Of a DNA stretch of 64,000 nucleotides, positions 20,801-29,414 are shown in pieces; the first letter of the stretch is position 1, and the number at the start of each line of letters is the position of its first letter. The stretch lies in NCBI GenBank assembly GCA_036374135.1, contig DASUUK010000024.1, forward strand, positions 17,305-81,304, written 5' to 3'. Under the pieces are notes generated by a model. That model searched no databases and was not told where the DNA came from. It worked only from the letters and a program-made list of their open reading frames with translations. The position numbers were made by a program, and so were the translations under genes. Source of the DNA: Euzebyales bacterium. Its GTDB lineage: Bacteria > Actinomycetota > Nitriliruptoria > Euzebyales > JAHELV01.

Positions 20801-21015
20801 AGCTCGATCCTGACCTTGCGCCCGTTCCGCACGGGCTCGGCGGACGCGACGTTGTAGCCCTCGCCGCGCAGCTGGGCCTCGGTGCCCGGATCGGCCGTCA
20901 CCTCGTACAGGTCGAGACCCTTGGCCTCGCCGTTGCCATTCCCCCGCGGCGCGGCTGTGGCCGCCGCCGGCAGCAGCAGCGTCAGGACCGCGACCAGAAC
21001 GACGAGCCTGCGCAC
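17836..21015 (-). CDS. Secreted M14 zinc carboxypeptidase with a ~650-aa uncharacterised C-terminal extension
   Basis: Zn ligands and catalytic context are present (YVSTQHAREWIS, NPDGYDW, DLNRNF, NYHSAAELILY). The signal peptide starts at GTG 21015 (VRRLVVLVAVLTLLLPAAATA), preceded by GGAAGGA. The track ORF starts at 21081. Confidence 0.85.
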   Translation of the reverse strand: MRRLVVLVAVLTLLLPAAATAAPRGNGNGEAKGLDLYEVTADPGTEAQLRGEGYNVASAEPVRNGRKVRIELVLTEGQAHALRQGNGRRRGLEVRLKRSDDGLTTAQAATLEADNGFEVWRSFSEPGGIADELELLASQYDGLTELITIGESVQGQPIYAMRVTADADRVQEGQRPAVLYVSTQHAREWISTEVNRRLLRHFLESYGTDAQVTRLVDSRELWFVLVANPDGYDWTFTDGQRLWRKNLRDNDGDGAITTGDGVDLNRNFPTNWGYDNEGSSEDPSSETYRGTGPASEPETQALDGLVSSVDFSFLVNYHSAAELILYGVGWQVDTPTPDDAVNIALAGTDANPAIEGYDPDLSAELYITNGDTTDHAHTAYGVLAYTPELATCQTATTYFTDDEFGPDYCTDEGRSVFEFPDSEPLVEFEFAKNLDFALAMAESADDPADPESPVGTPAPDFVVDDFSVSYGAPQTVAMWTKREHTRLRMHHSVNGGRTRVTDVSEWQGGERYGVENNVWYAEYRGQITDIAAGDEVEVWFTARDLPERRETSAGPRGGAETVESDHFTFTVESTSGDEVLIVADNSPGTDLGGTTPLAYLDYYTKALDAAGYGWDVYDVGIDGPAPHPLGVLAHYDAVVWYTGDKLVTNYQGGLNTTLVAHEVNMAMRDYLNEGGKILATGKNHGFEEFFPLSYGENADPTEVCTSNNCLTLSNDTYQYYFGGYVRIRRGGLDDDGIAFDIAGVDTPYADLEWGLDGDESADNQGAPGAASTGTASWAATSGVLPVDEFPQFESWRSARWLTGEPAPFEPSDGEWQVAAQHNDRSYKRLARAIDLTGAGTSATLEFSTTYQTEADWDYFFVEVHTVGEDNWTTLPDSNGHTSVDTGSSCTSGWAEQIHPQLEHYQTVTTDEDGQATCSGTGTTGEWHATSGPSDGIEDWSIDLSAYVGQQIEVSLTYATDWATGDLGVFVDEPVITADGATLAETSFEQDLGGWEVIGAPEGSGTNPTDWQRIGAIYQFGAAITTEDTVLHGFGFEGIATEAERNEVMQRSMDYLLGSP

Positions 21016-21224
21016 CCTGTTGGTCCTTCCGCCAAGTCCGCGCACGTCGACGTGCGCGCCGACGGCGCGCATTGTGCGCACACGACCGGGTTCGCTTCAA
21101 GGGGTGACGTACCCAGCGGTGGCGCACAACGCGACCGGCGTCCGAGCACTCCGTGTCGGCGGCACAGCGGGGGTCGACATCGCCCGTCGCAGGGCGGAAA
21201 GGAGCGCCGGACCGCGCTGCGCCG

Positions 21225-22844
21225 TCAGGGGCGCGCGCACGTGCTGTCGCCGACCCCGAGCACCCTGATGCGGTCGCTGTTGGTCGCCAGCAGCACCCGC
21301 CACGCGCTGGGTGGCCTCTGCAGGTAGTCGGGCACGGGGAGCCCTTCGAGCTGCCGCCGCTGGATCGCGACCCGCGAGCGGATCAGCGCGCCGGTCTCGA
21401 GCTGAGAGACGTCCACGAAGTCGTCGCCCGAGTTGAGATGACGCAGCTCACCGTGCCAGATCGGACGGCCCCAGAAGGTCCGCAGGTACATCGGCACCCA
21501 ACGGGAGCTCGCCCGCCACTGGTCCGTGTCGACCCAGATCGTCGTGCACGTCTGACCGCTGGTCGACGCCCACTCCCGCAGCTCGAGCATCTGGTTGCGA
21601 CCCAGCCTCGTGAACGTACCCATGTCGTCGAGGTCCGCGCCCGTCAGTCCGAGGCTCGCCGCGGCCACGACACCCACGAGCGCCACCGCCGCGCGGCGGC
21701 CACGGTCACCTGCGAGCTGACGTCCGAGCGCCAGGATCCCCACCACCGACCCCACGACCAGCGGCGGCAGGAGCGGCAGCCAGTAGCGCAGCTTCTCGAC
21801 GCGCAGGATCCGGTCGCCGAACAGCCACGCGAGCTGCACGGCCGACATCAGCAGGACGAGGGGCACGACCGTCCACAGCGCGAGCAGCCTCAGCGCCGGC
21901 GAGTCCACCATCACCGCGGCGACGACCAGCACGACGAACAGGACCGCGAGCACCCAACCCGCGCGGAGATCGACCAAGGAGCGCGGCAGCGCGACCAGCA
22001 TCTCGAGATGGGTGTCGGGTATCGCGCCACCGGCGACCAGTTCGGTGCGTTGCGCGACCCGCCAGGGCGCGGAGGCCGGCTGGTTGAGCGCTGCGAGGAT
22101 GCGCGTGAACGGGTCGCCGAAGAACACCGCCCCCCACGCGAGCTCGAAGGCGCACACGCCGGCGACACCGGCGACGATCAATCGGGCCCGTGACCACGGC
22201 AGCCGCAACACGATCACGACCAGCACGACGATCGGGAACCAGAAGACGATGAACTCGCGGACCAGGTAGGCCCACCCGAGCAGCAGGCCCACGCCGACGA
22301 ACACAGCCCGATCGGAGGTCGTGGGCGGCCCGGAGACTCCCGACCGGCGCCAGTGCCATACCAGGATCGTCACCGCGCCCAGCACCATGGTGGCCGCAGG
22401 CAGGTCCGGTAGCAGCTGGCTGCCGTTGTCCAGCACCAGCGGGTTGGCGATCATCAGCAGCGCAGCCAGCACGCCGGCCGCGCGCGAGTCCACGAGCCGC
22501 CCGAGCCAGTAGGTGGTGCTCACCAGCGCGGCGCCCGTCAGGTAGGGCACGCCGTAGTAGGCCACCTCGCTGTACCCGAACACGCGGGTGAGCAGCCACA
22601 CGGGGATGGTCAGGCCGATGCGCAGCCCCTGATGCTCGGGCCAGCTGACGAGCGGCAGGTTGGCGCCGTCGACCAGGTAGTGCAGCTGATCGGTGATCTG
22701 CGGTGGCCGGACAAAGGCGCTCTGCAGGGCCGCGTAGCACCCGACGAGCGCGAGGACCACCAGCCAGTCGTACCCGGCGCCCCGCTCCGCCGGTTCGTCG
22801 GTCGAGGGTCGATGCAGCCGCAGGGGCTCGAGCAGCGTCGTCAC
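21225..22844 (-). CDS. Polytopic membrane protein, GT-C (ArnT/PMT_2, family-39-like) glycosyltransferase candidate
   Basis: 539 aa with about 11 hydrophobic segments. An early loop has an acidic motif (ITDQLHY), there are Gly/Leu-rich TM helices, and a ~150-aa soluble C-terminus. The assignment rests on architecture and pattern only. Confidence 0.6.
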   Translation of the reverse strand: MTTLLEPLRLHRPSTDEPAERGAGYDWLVVLALVGCYAALQSAFVRPPQITDQLHYLVDGANLPLVSWPEHQGLRIGLTIPVWLLTRVFGYSEVAYYGVPYLTGAALVSTTYWLGRLVDSRAAGVLAALLMIANPLVLDNGSQLLPDLPAATMVLGAVTILVWHWRRSGVSGPPTTSDRAVFVGVGLLLGWAYLVREFIVFWFPIVVLVVIVLRLPWSRARLIVAGVAGVCAFELAWGAVFFGDPFTRILAALNQPASAPWRVAQRTELVAGGAIPDTHLEMLVALPRSLVDLRAGWVLAVLFVVLVVAAVMVDSPALRLLALWTVVPLVLLMSAVQLAWLFGDRILRVEKLRYWLPLLPPLVVGSVVGILALGRQLAGDRGRRAAVALVGVVAAASLGLTGADLDDMGTFTRLGRNQMLELREWASTSGQTCTTIWVDTDQWRASSRWVPMYLRTFWGRPIWHGELRHLNSGDDFVDVSQLETGALIRSRVAIQRRQLEGLPVPDYLQRPPSAWRVLLATNSDRIRVLGVGDSTCARP

Positions 22845-23017
22845 GCCACCGCCACGCGGGCGTCGTCGAGATCAGCGCGGCCCACGCGGCCCTCCTTCCC
22901 GTCGTCACCGCCGCCGCGTCGCGTGTCTGCCGCGCAGTGTTCCACAGGCGACCACGGGGACACGGATGCCGGCCCGATGCCGGGCGGTCGTGCGTGGTCT
23001 GGGGCGGTGCGACGCCC

Positions 23018-24199
23018 TCAGGCGCCGCGGCCACCCTCCGGGGCGCCGCCGGCCGCGCCGTCGACGGCGGGCTGGGCGACATCGCCTCCCTGCTCGTCCC
23101 CCGCCCGGCCACCGGTGTCCTGCCGAGCGCCGGCCTGCGCGCCGTTCTGGTCGTTGCTCCCCTGGCCGCCACCCCGCCGGTTGCCTCGCTGGCCCCCGCC
23201 GCGGCCGTTGCGCCCCTGGCCGCGTCCGCCACCACCGTTGCCGCGGGCACCACGACCCTTGCCGCGCCGCTTCTTGTCACGACGGATCTCGCTGGCCATC
23301 TCGGTGCGGTAGCGGTCGACGACCGTCCGCGGATCGCCGTCCGCGACCAACTGGCCCTTCTCGAGCCAGATCACCCGCGTGCAGGTGTCGACGAGTCCCT
23401 CGAGCCCGTGGCTGACGACGAAGATCGTCCCCGCAGCGTCCTGCAGCTCTCGGATCCGCTCGTCGCTGCGGCGCTTGAAGACCTCGTCGCCGACCGACAG
23501 CGCCTCGTCGATGAGCAGGATCTCGGGCTTGACCGACGTCGCGATCGAGAACTGCAGCCGGGCCTTCATCCCCGACGAGTAGGTGCGCATCGGCAGGTCG
23601 ATGGCTTCCTCGAGGCCGGCGAACTCGGTGATCTCGTCGACCGCCGCCTCGGCCTCCTGCTTGGACATGCCGAGCGCCAGCGTGCCGATGACGATGTTCC
23701 GCCGTCCGGACAGCCACGGCTGCAGCACGGCGCCGACGCCGAGCAGGGACGGCTGGCTGTGCGCGAGGATGCGCCCGCCGTCGACGGGCAGCAGACCGGC
23801 CATGCCCATGAGCAGGGTGCTCTTGCCGGAGCCGTTGCGGCCGATGATGCCGACCGACTCGCCGGCGCGGGCCTCGAACGACACGCCGCGCACGGCGTGG
23901 ATCTCGCGGAACTCGCGCGACCCCCTGCCGGCGAATCGGTCGCGGGCCTTCGGCCGACGACGGTCCTCATAGACCCTGTACGTGATGTGGACGTCGTCGA
24001 CGACGACGGTCAGCCGCTCCTCGACGCTCTGCAGTTGACGCTTCCACGTCCGCAGCTGCGCCCGGCTCGGTGTCGGTGGCCCGAACGTGATCGCCTGGTC
24101 GGCGACGAGCCGGTGTCGCCGCGCGATCTCGGCCTCGGTCCACTGCTCGACCGCCGCGTCGGCGTCGGTGACCGCCTGCGCCACGTCCGCGTCAGCCAC
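23018..24199 (-). CDS. ABC exporter ATP-binding protein (Wzt/TagH-like) with an Arg/Gly-rich C-terminal tail
   Basis: Walker A (GRNGSGKST), signature (YSSGMKARL) and Walker B (ILLIDEAL). The last ~88 aa are RGKGRGARGNGGGGRGQGRNGRGGGQRGNRRGGGQG.... There is an 8-nt overlap with the permease gene. Confidence 0.9.
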   Translation of the reverse strand: MADADVAQAVTDADAAVEQWTEAEIARRHRLVADQAITFGPPTPSRAQLRTWKRQLQSVEERLTVVVDDVHITYRVYEDRRRPKARDRFAGRGSREFREIHAVRGVSFEARAGESVGIIGRNGSGKSTLLMGMAGLLPVDGGRILAHSQPSLLGVGAVLQPWLSGRRNIVIGTLALGMSKQEAEAAVDEITEFAGLEEAIDLPMRTYSSGMKARLQFSIATSVKPEILLIDEALSVGDEVFKRRSDERIRELQDAAGTIFVVSHGLEGLVDTCTRVIWLEKGQLVADGDPRTVVDRYRTEMASEIRRDKKRRGKGRGARGNGGGGRGQGRNGRGGGQRGNRRGGGQGSNDQNGAQAGARQDTGGRAGDEQGGDVAQPAVDGAAGGAPEGGRGA

Positions 24200-25049
24200 G
24201 GCCGTACCGTTGTTCGGCCGCTCGGAAGAACATGAACCCGCCGAACAGCAACACGACCGTGAAGGCCACGGCCGACGGCCACAGCCATCGGCCGATCGCC
24301 GGGTCGACCTGATAGGTGGTCATCAGTGCTTCACGCATCAGTGTGGGGAAGACGAAGAACGGGTTGAGCGATGCGAACGGCGCGAGCTCGGGTGCCTGCC
24401 GCAGCAGCCGTGTGTCGATCGCGAAGATGATGCCCGACAGGTAGAAGAGCAGCCGGAACATGAACGGCAGCAGGTTGCGCACGTCCTGGACCGTGTCGGT
24501 CAGCCGCGCGAGCACGAAGCCGAGACCCAGCGCGAAGACCGCCATCATCGGCACGAGCAGCAACACCTTCGTCCAGTCGACGGTCACACGTTCGCCCGTC
24601 GCGAGGACGACGATCACCATCAGGATCATCGACGAGTAGAACGCCAGCGACTCACGCACGACCGTGGCGATCGGCAGCAGGGCCCGCGGGAACGCCAGCG
24701 AACGGATCAGCCCTTCGTTGCTGGAGATGGACTGCGCGCACTGCACGACCGCGCGCTGCAGGTACTGGTACGTGAACACGCCGACGGTCAGGAAGCCGAT
24801 GAAATTGTCGACCCCACGGTTCAGGCTGCCGGCGAGCACGCCGAAGATGACGAAGTAGACGCAGACCAGCAGGGTCGGGCTCAGCAGCAGCCACACGTTG
24901 CCCAGCACGGTGTTCATGTTCTGGGCACGCAACTCGCCCAGCGGGACGCTGATCGCGAACTGGCGGCGCTCCCAGAGCGTGCGCAGGTACACCCGCAGGG
25001 GCATCGCGCGCCCCAGGGGGATCAGATCGTCGTACTGTGTGGCTGCCAT
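24192..25049 (-). CDS. ABC-2 type polysaccharide/teichoic-acid exporter permease (Wzm/TagG-like)
   Basis: Six hydrophobic segments and an ABC-2 pattern (LWERRQFAISVPLGELRAQNMNTVLG...). The start is placed at ATG 25049 (MAATQYDD). The upstream Arg-rich extension is rejected. Confidence 0.88.
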   Translation of the reverse strand: MAATQYDDLIPLGRAMPLRVYLRTLWERRQFAISVPLGELRAQNMNTVLGNVWLLLSPTLLVCVYFVIFGVLAGSLNRGVDNFIGFLTVGVFTYQYLQRAVVQCAQSISSNEGLIRSLAFPRALLPIATVVRESLAFYSSMILMVIVVLATGERVTVDWTKVLLLVPMMAVFALGLGFVLARLTDTVQDVRNLLPFMFRLLFYLSGIIFAIDTRLLRQAPELAPFASLNPFFVFPTLMREALMTTYQVDPAIGRWLWPSAVAFTVVLLFGGFMFFRAAEQRYGRG

Positions 25050-25281
25050 CGATGTCCGTCCAGGGCCGGTCCGGGGCCCCTCGTGTGGCCGTCCTCGCGT
25101 CCTGCGCGATGAGCGACGGGCGTTCCGATCTGCACCGGGCGTGTCGACGCGTCGGCGGCGCGCCAACTCCACGGCCGATTATCGCGCGTCCTCACTCTAG
25201 CCCGCGACCCGTGCACGGGATGCGGCCCGGGATGGACGACCGACGCTGGTCCACCCGTACGATGCGCGGCGCTTCGGACGT

Positions 25282-26376
25282 TCACCGGGCGGTGTCACCG
25301 TGCGGCCGCCCATCCGGCGCCGGCGGCCCGCCGAGCTGGCGTGGGCTCGTGAGGAAGCCGATGCCCCACGCCACGTGCATCGCGGTGAACACCCCGGGCA
25401 GCCGCGCCATCACCCCTGGCGGGACCCGGCGTCCAACCACCGTCGTGGCAGTCGCGATGCCGGCACCGTAGCCGACGAGGGGCAACCAGCCCCACCACCG
25501 ACCCGTGACACCGACGATCGCACCGCCTGCACAGGCCACGACCGTGCCGGGTGCCACCATCTGCCGCCAGCGCAGCGATCCCTGGTGTCGACGGGCGACG
25601 ACCCGTCGCCACCGTCCGTACTCGAAGTACTGGCGGCTCAACGCCCGCAGCGAGCCGCGCGGGCGGTAGCGCACGCGCAGCTCGGGTGAGAACCACACCA
25701 TGCCGCCCGTCCGGCGGATCCGCAGGTTGAGCTCGCTGTCCTGCGTGCGCACGAGCGTCTCGTCGAACCCACCGACCCGCTCGAGCGCCGATCGCCGGAA
25801 GACCCCCAGATAGACGGTGTCCGCCGGGCCGGCGGCGCCCCCGTAGTGGAACCGCGCATCGCCCGTACCGAACCGTGACGACATGGCGGCGGCCACAGCC
25901 TGTTCGAAGCGGGTGACGCCTTCGGCCGCCATCACGCCGCCGACGTTGTCGGCACCGGTCTCGCGCAGCAGCTCCACGGCCCGACGCAGGTAGCCCGGCG
26001 GGATGACGGCGTGCCCGTCGACGCGCGCCACCACCGGCCCGGTCGAGGCGGCGATCGCGGCATTGAGGCCGGCGGACGTCAAACCCGCGGGATTGCCGAC
26101 CGCCAACACCCGCTCGTCCCGCGCGAGGTCGGCCAGTACGTCCTCCGTCGCATCATCGGACGGGCCGACGGCGATGGTCACGTCGAGCGGACCGGGGTAG
26201 CCCTGCGCCAGCACCGAGGTGACTGCGTCGCGCAGGTGCCGCGCTTCGTTGCGCACCGCCATGACCACCGAGACGTGTGGCCAGTCGGCGCCCGCCGTGC
26301 CATCCCCACCGTCGTCGACGAAGGACGCCGGGACGCCCTCGGACCGCTGGGTCACCGGATCGCCTGTGACCGGCAT
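25282..26376 (-). CDS. Family-2 glycosyltransferase with a C-terminal membrane anchor
   Basis: VSVVMAVRNEARHL, ARVDGHAVIPPGY and QDSELNLR (GT-A DxD/ED context), with two or more C-terminal TM segments. It starts 18 nt after the LCP stop. Confidence 0.85.
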   Translation of the reverse strand: MPVTGDPVTQRSEGVPASFVDDGGDGTAGADWPHVSVVMAVRNEARHLRDAVTSVLAQGYPGPLDVTIAVGPSDDATEDVLADLARDERVLAVGNPAGLTSAGLNAAIAASTGPVVARVDGHAVIPPGYLRRAVELLRETGADNVGGVMAAEGVTRFEQAVAAAMSSRFGTGDARFHYGGAAGPADTVYLGVFRRSALERVGGFDETLVRTQDSELNLRIRRTGGMVWFSPELRVRYRPRGSLRALSRQYFEYGRWRRVVARRHQGSLRWRQMVAPGTVVACAGGAIVGVTGRWWGWLPLVGYGAGIATATTVVGRRVPPGVMARLPGVFTAMHVAWGIGFLTSPRQLGGPPAPDGRPHGDTAR

Positions 26377-26394
26377 CGTGTCGCCATCGGTCAG

Positions 26395-27870
26395 TCAGCA
26401 GCGGTCGACGGTGTCAACGTCGGCGTTGATGTACTCGGGGCGGGGCGGCGCGGTCTGACGCTCCTGTGGTGACTTCTCGTCCTCTTCTGCCCCGACGACG
26501 TCGATGAGGTCTGGGTCGAGATCGCTGTCGACGATCACCGTGAGCGTCTCCGACTCGTCGCCCAGCTCGAGCGTCGCGTCGGGGAACGCGGCCATGCGCA
26601 GCGACTGCGCCTCGCTCAACTTGCCCGGCGGGTAGGTGATCACGACGCCGGCCGGCTCCGGGCGGTCGGCGTCGCCGACCATGGCGACGGTCATCCCTGC
26701 CTCGGCGAGCACCTCGGCCGTGCTGGCCGCCAGTCCTGTGATGTTCGATGCGTTGAGCACGGTCACCGGCGAGAGATCGTCGACGGGGATCTTCGGCTCG
26801 GGCGCGGCCGACTCCGACGGCTGGGGCTCGTCGACCGGCGCGTCGCCGAGATACTGCGCCAGCTCGTCCCGCTCGAACGCCTGCAGGAGCTCACGGGTTC
26901 CGCTCTCGACCGGGATCTCGTAGTAGGCACCCGTGCTGCTGTCGGTCACCGTCGGAATCGTGCCCATGCTGATGTCGCCGGCGCCGACATCGCGCAGCGT
27001 GAGCGCAAACTCCCGCATGGTCCCGATGCCCAGGCCCTCGTCGACCGTCAGCAGCTCGCCCACGCTGTCGACGAGCTGGAACAGCCGCACGGGGTTGGCC
27101 AGCACGCTGACGCTCGTGGCCCGGTCGGCGAGCTCCTTCAGGAACCGCTGCTGACGCGCGATGCGTCCGAAGTCGTTGTCCATGCGGCTGCGCACGAAGC
27201 CCAGTGCATCGCGGCCGTCGAGCGAGACGCAGCCGCGCGGCAGGTCGACGTGCGCCTTGCTGTCCTGCATCGGCTCCTCGAGGTACATCTCCACGCCCCC
27301 GACCGCATCGACGATCTTGACGAACCCCTCGAAGTTGACCTGGACGTAGTGGTCGATCTGCAGGCCGGCGAAGTCACGTACCGTCTCGACCAGGCAGTCC
27401 GGTCCACCCACGTACCAGGCGGCGTTGATCCGCTGGCGCGAGCCGTCGCAGAGCGTGACCAGCAGGTCGCGCGGGAAGTTGATGCCGGTGACCTTCCCGC
27501 CCTGTGGATCGATGCGCAGCACCATGATCGTGTCGGTGCGGTGACCCTCCCGCTCACCGGCACCCAGGTTGCGGAAGCCCTGGCTGAGATCCTCGCCCGA
27601 GTCGTCGCCCACCAGCAGCACGGTCCGCGCCCCGCTGAGGCCCTGCGGCTCCGAGGGGCCCTCCGACACGGGAGGCTGTCCCAGCGTGTCCAGCGAGATC
27701 TGGGTGCCGATCAGCTCGTGACGGCCCTGCCAGACCAGCGCTCCGAGCGCCAGGGCGACGCCGAGAGCGAAGCAGACGGCCACGAGTAGGCTGCGCCGCA
27801 GCACCGTCGCGACGCGGCGACGACGAGGTGGTGGGCCGGCTGAAGGAAGCCACCCACTGTCCTTTCGCAT
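26395..27870 (-). CDS. LytR-CpsA-Psr (LCP) family glycopolymer-peptidoglycan ligase with a LytR_C domain
   Basis: A TM anchor followed by the LCP core (RTDTIMVLRIDP, NFPRDL, VNFEGFVKIVDAVGGV, FVRSRMDNDFGRIARQQ). The start is uncertain: ATG 27870 or GTG 27933, and the first ~20 codons of the long form have poor GC3. Confidence 0.9.
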   Translation of the reverse strand: MRKDSGWLPSAGPPPRRRRVATVLRRSLLVAVCFALGVALALGALVWQGRHELIGTQISLDTLGQPPVSEGPSEPQGLSGARTVLLVGDDSGEDLSQGFRNLGAGEREGHRTDTIMVLRIDPQGGKVTGINFPRDLLVTLCDGSRQRINAAWYVGGPDCLVETVRDFAGLQIDHYVQVNFEGFVKIVDAVGGVEMYLEEPMQDSKAHVDLPRGCVSLDGRDALGFVRSRMDNDFGRIARQQRFLKELADRATSVSVLANPVRLFQLVDSVGELLTVDEGLGIGTMREFALTLRDVGAGDISMGTIPTVTDSSTGAYYEIPVESGTRELLQAFERDELAQYLGDAPVDEPQPSESAAPEPKIPVDDLSPVTVLNASNITGLAASTAEVLAEAGMTVAMVGDADRPEPAGVVITYPPGKLSEAQSLRMAAFPDATLELGDESETLTVIVDSDLDPDLIDVVGAEEDEKSPQERQTAPPRPEYINADVDTVDRC

Positions 27871-28006
27871 GTCGAAGAAGTCCGACAGCGCAACGACCTT
27901 CCGTGCTGGAGAACCGGCTGGATATACCGCCACGTGATAGCCGGATCGACCGGCGTGTCATCGGATGACGCTAGCACGTCGCACGACCGTGGACGAAGGA
28001 GACAGC

Positions 28007-28810
28007 ATGGACCGATCAGCCAGCGCAGTGACCCTCGCGCGCGTCGTGGAGGAACGCACGCGCACGTTGCGGGACCGGCCGCTGCTGACGGTCTACGACG
28101 ACCGGACAGGTGCCCGCACGGAGTTGTCGTACGCGACCGCGGACAACTGGGCCGCCAAGACCGCCCACCTGCTCGCGGAGGACGTCGACGTGCGGCCGGG
28201 CGACACGGTGCTGCTGGACGTCGACGGCCACTGGACGGCAGCGGTGCTCACCCTCGCCTGCTGGAAGCTGGGTGCCGCCGTCATGCCCGAGATCGCCGGC
28301 ACACCACGGACCGACGCGACGGCGGTGTGCTGCCACACGTCCCGGCTCGACCGACATCCCCGCGGGCCCGTCGTGGTCGTGGGCGACGGGTTGCGCGCCG
28401 AACCGGTGGAGCCACTACAGCCGCGGGACGGTCTGGTGGTGCTCGGCGAGGACGTGCACGCCTATGCCGACGAGTACGACGACCAGGCGGTGCATCCCGC
28501 GTCACCGGCTCTGGTGACCACGGCAGATCGCCGTGACCAGGCCGACGTCCTCGCGGGAGCGGGCCGGTGGCGGGGACGGCTCGGCGAGAGCGCCCGGGTA
28601 GGTCTGGCCGCGCCGCTCGACAGCGCTGCGGGCATCGAGGTCCTGGCCGGCGTGGTGCTGGCGGGCGGGAGCCTGGTCGGCGCACGGTCCGACGACGCCG
28701 CGCCGCCATGGCGGCGCTGGGTGACCGAGCGGGTCACCGCCGCTGTGGTGGCACCCGACGCGCTGTCGGACGCCCCGGCAGGGATCGACACGGTCGAGCT
28801 CGACCCGTAA
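28007..28810 (+). CDS. TIGR03089-like actinobacterial protein (degenerate AMP-binding-enzyme N-domain fold)
   Basis: LSYATADNWAAKTAHLLAEDVDVRPGDTVLLD resembles acyl-adenylate enzyme N-termini, but the protein is only ~267 aa. ATG 28007 is preceded by GAAGGAGA. It is divergent from the LCP gene, as I recall for this family. Confidence 0.65.
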   Translation: MDRSASAVTLARVVEERTRTLRDRPLLTVYDDRTGARTELSYATADNWAAKTAHLLAEDVDVRPGDTVLLDVDGHWTAAVLTLACWKLGAAVMPEIAGTPRTDATAVCCHTSRLDRHPRGPVVVVGDGLRAEPVEPLQPRDGLVVLGEDVHAYADEYDDQAVHPASPALVTTADRRDQADVLAGAGRWRGRLGESARVGLAAPLDSAAGIEVLAGVVLAGGSLVGARSDDAAPPWRRWVTERVTAAVVAPDALSDAPAGIDTVELDP

Positions 28811-28844
28811 CAGCCACGCGGCCGGCCGGTGCCGTCGGCGGTCG

Positions 28845-29414
28845 TCACCCCGCGCGTCGCGACGCGTCCGCCGCGGCCTCGTCGTGTCGACCGTCATCAC
28901 CGCGCCAGTTGTCGTCGGCCGGGGTGTCGTCGTTGCCGTACGCGTTGAGACGGCGCAGCCGCTCGTTGCGCAGCTCACGCCGGATCCGGGCCTGCTCCTG
29001 CCGCCGCCGGTCGTCGGCCGTCTCGGGATGCAGCGGCGGGACCTTGGTCGGTCGACCATCGGCATCCAACGACACCATCAGCAGGTAGGCGCTGGTCGTG
29101 TGCCGGCGCTGCCCTCCGTGCCACGGCTCGGCCTCGACCTTGACGCCGACCTCCAACGAGGTCCGGCCGACATCGTTGACGCGCGCCTGGACGATCAGGA
29201 TGTCACCGACGTCGACCGGCTCGAGGAACGACAGGCCGTCGATCGCCGCCGTGACGCAGACCGTCCCGCAGTGCCGTGCGGCCGCGGTGCCCGCGGCGGA
29301 GTCCACGGCCCGCATGACCACACCGCCGTGGACCTTGCCCAGCGCGTTGGAGTCGGTGATCTCCATGGGTCGGGCGAAGACGACCTCGCTGGCGCGTGGG
29401 GTACCGGCGGTCAC
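28845..29414 (-). CDS. Acyl-CoA thioesterase (hotdog fold)
   Basis: GKVHGGVVMRAVDSAAG...GDILIVQARVNDVGRTSLEV is a typical 4HBT/BFIT pattern. It has a basic/acidic C-terminal tail and a 4-nt overlap with the upstream acyl-CoA dehydrogenase stop. Confidence 0.8.
   Translation of the reverse strand: MTAGTPRASEVVFARPMEITDSNALGKVHGGVVMRAVDSAAGTAAARHCGTVCVTAAIDGLSFLEPVDVGDILIVQARVNDVGRTSLEVGVKVEAEPWHGGQRRHTTSAYLLMVSLDADGRPTKVPPLHPETADDRRRQEQARIRRELRNERLRRLNAYGNDDTPADDNWRGDDGRHDEAAADASRRAG

Noticed and set aside
23021-23284. Nucleotide-level GGN/CGN periodicity that could be mistaken for a tandem repeat or spacer-repeat array
   Set aside because: It is in frame with, and contiguous to, the ABC ATPase gene and encodes the Arg/Gly-rich tail. 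There are no regularly spaced identical repeats.
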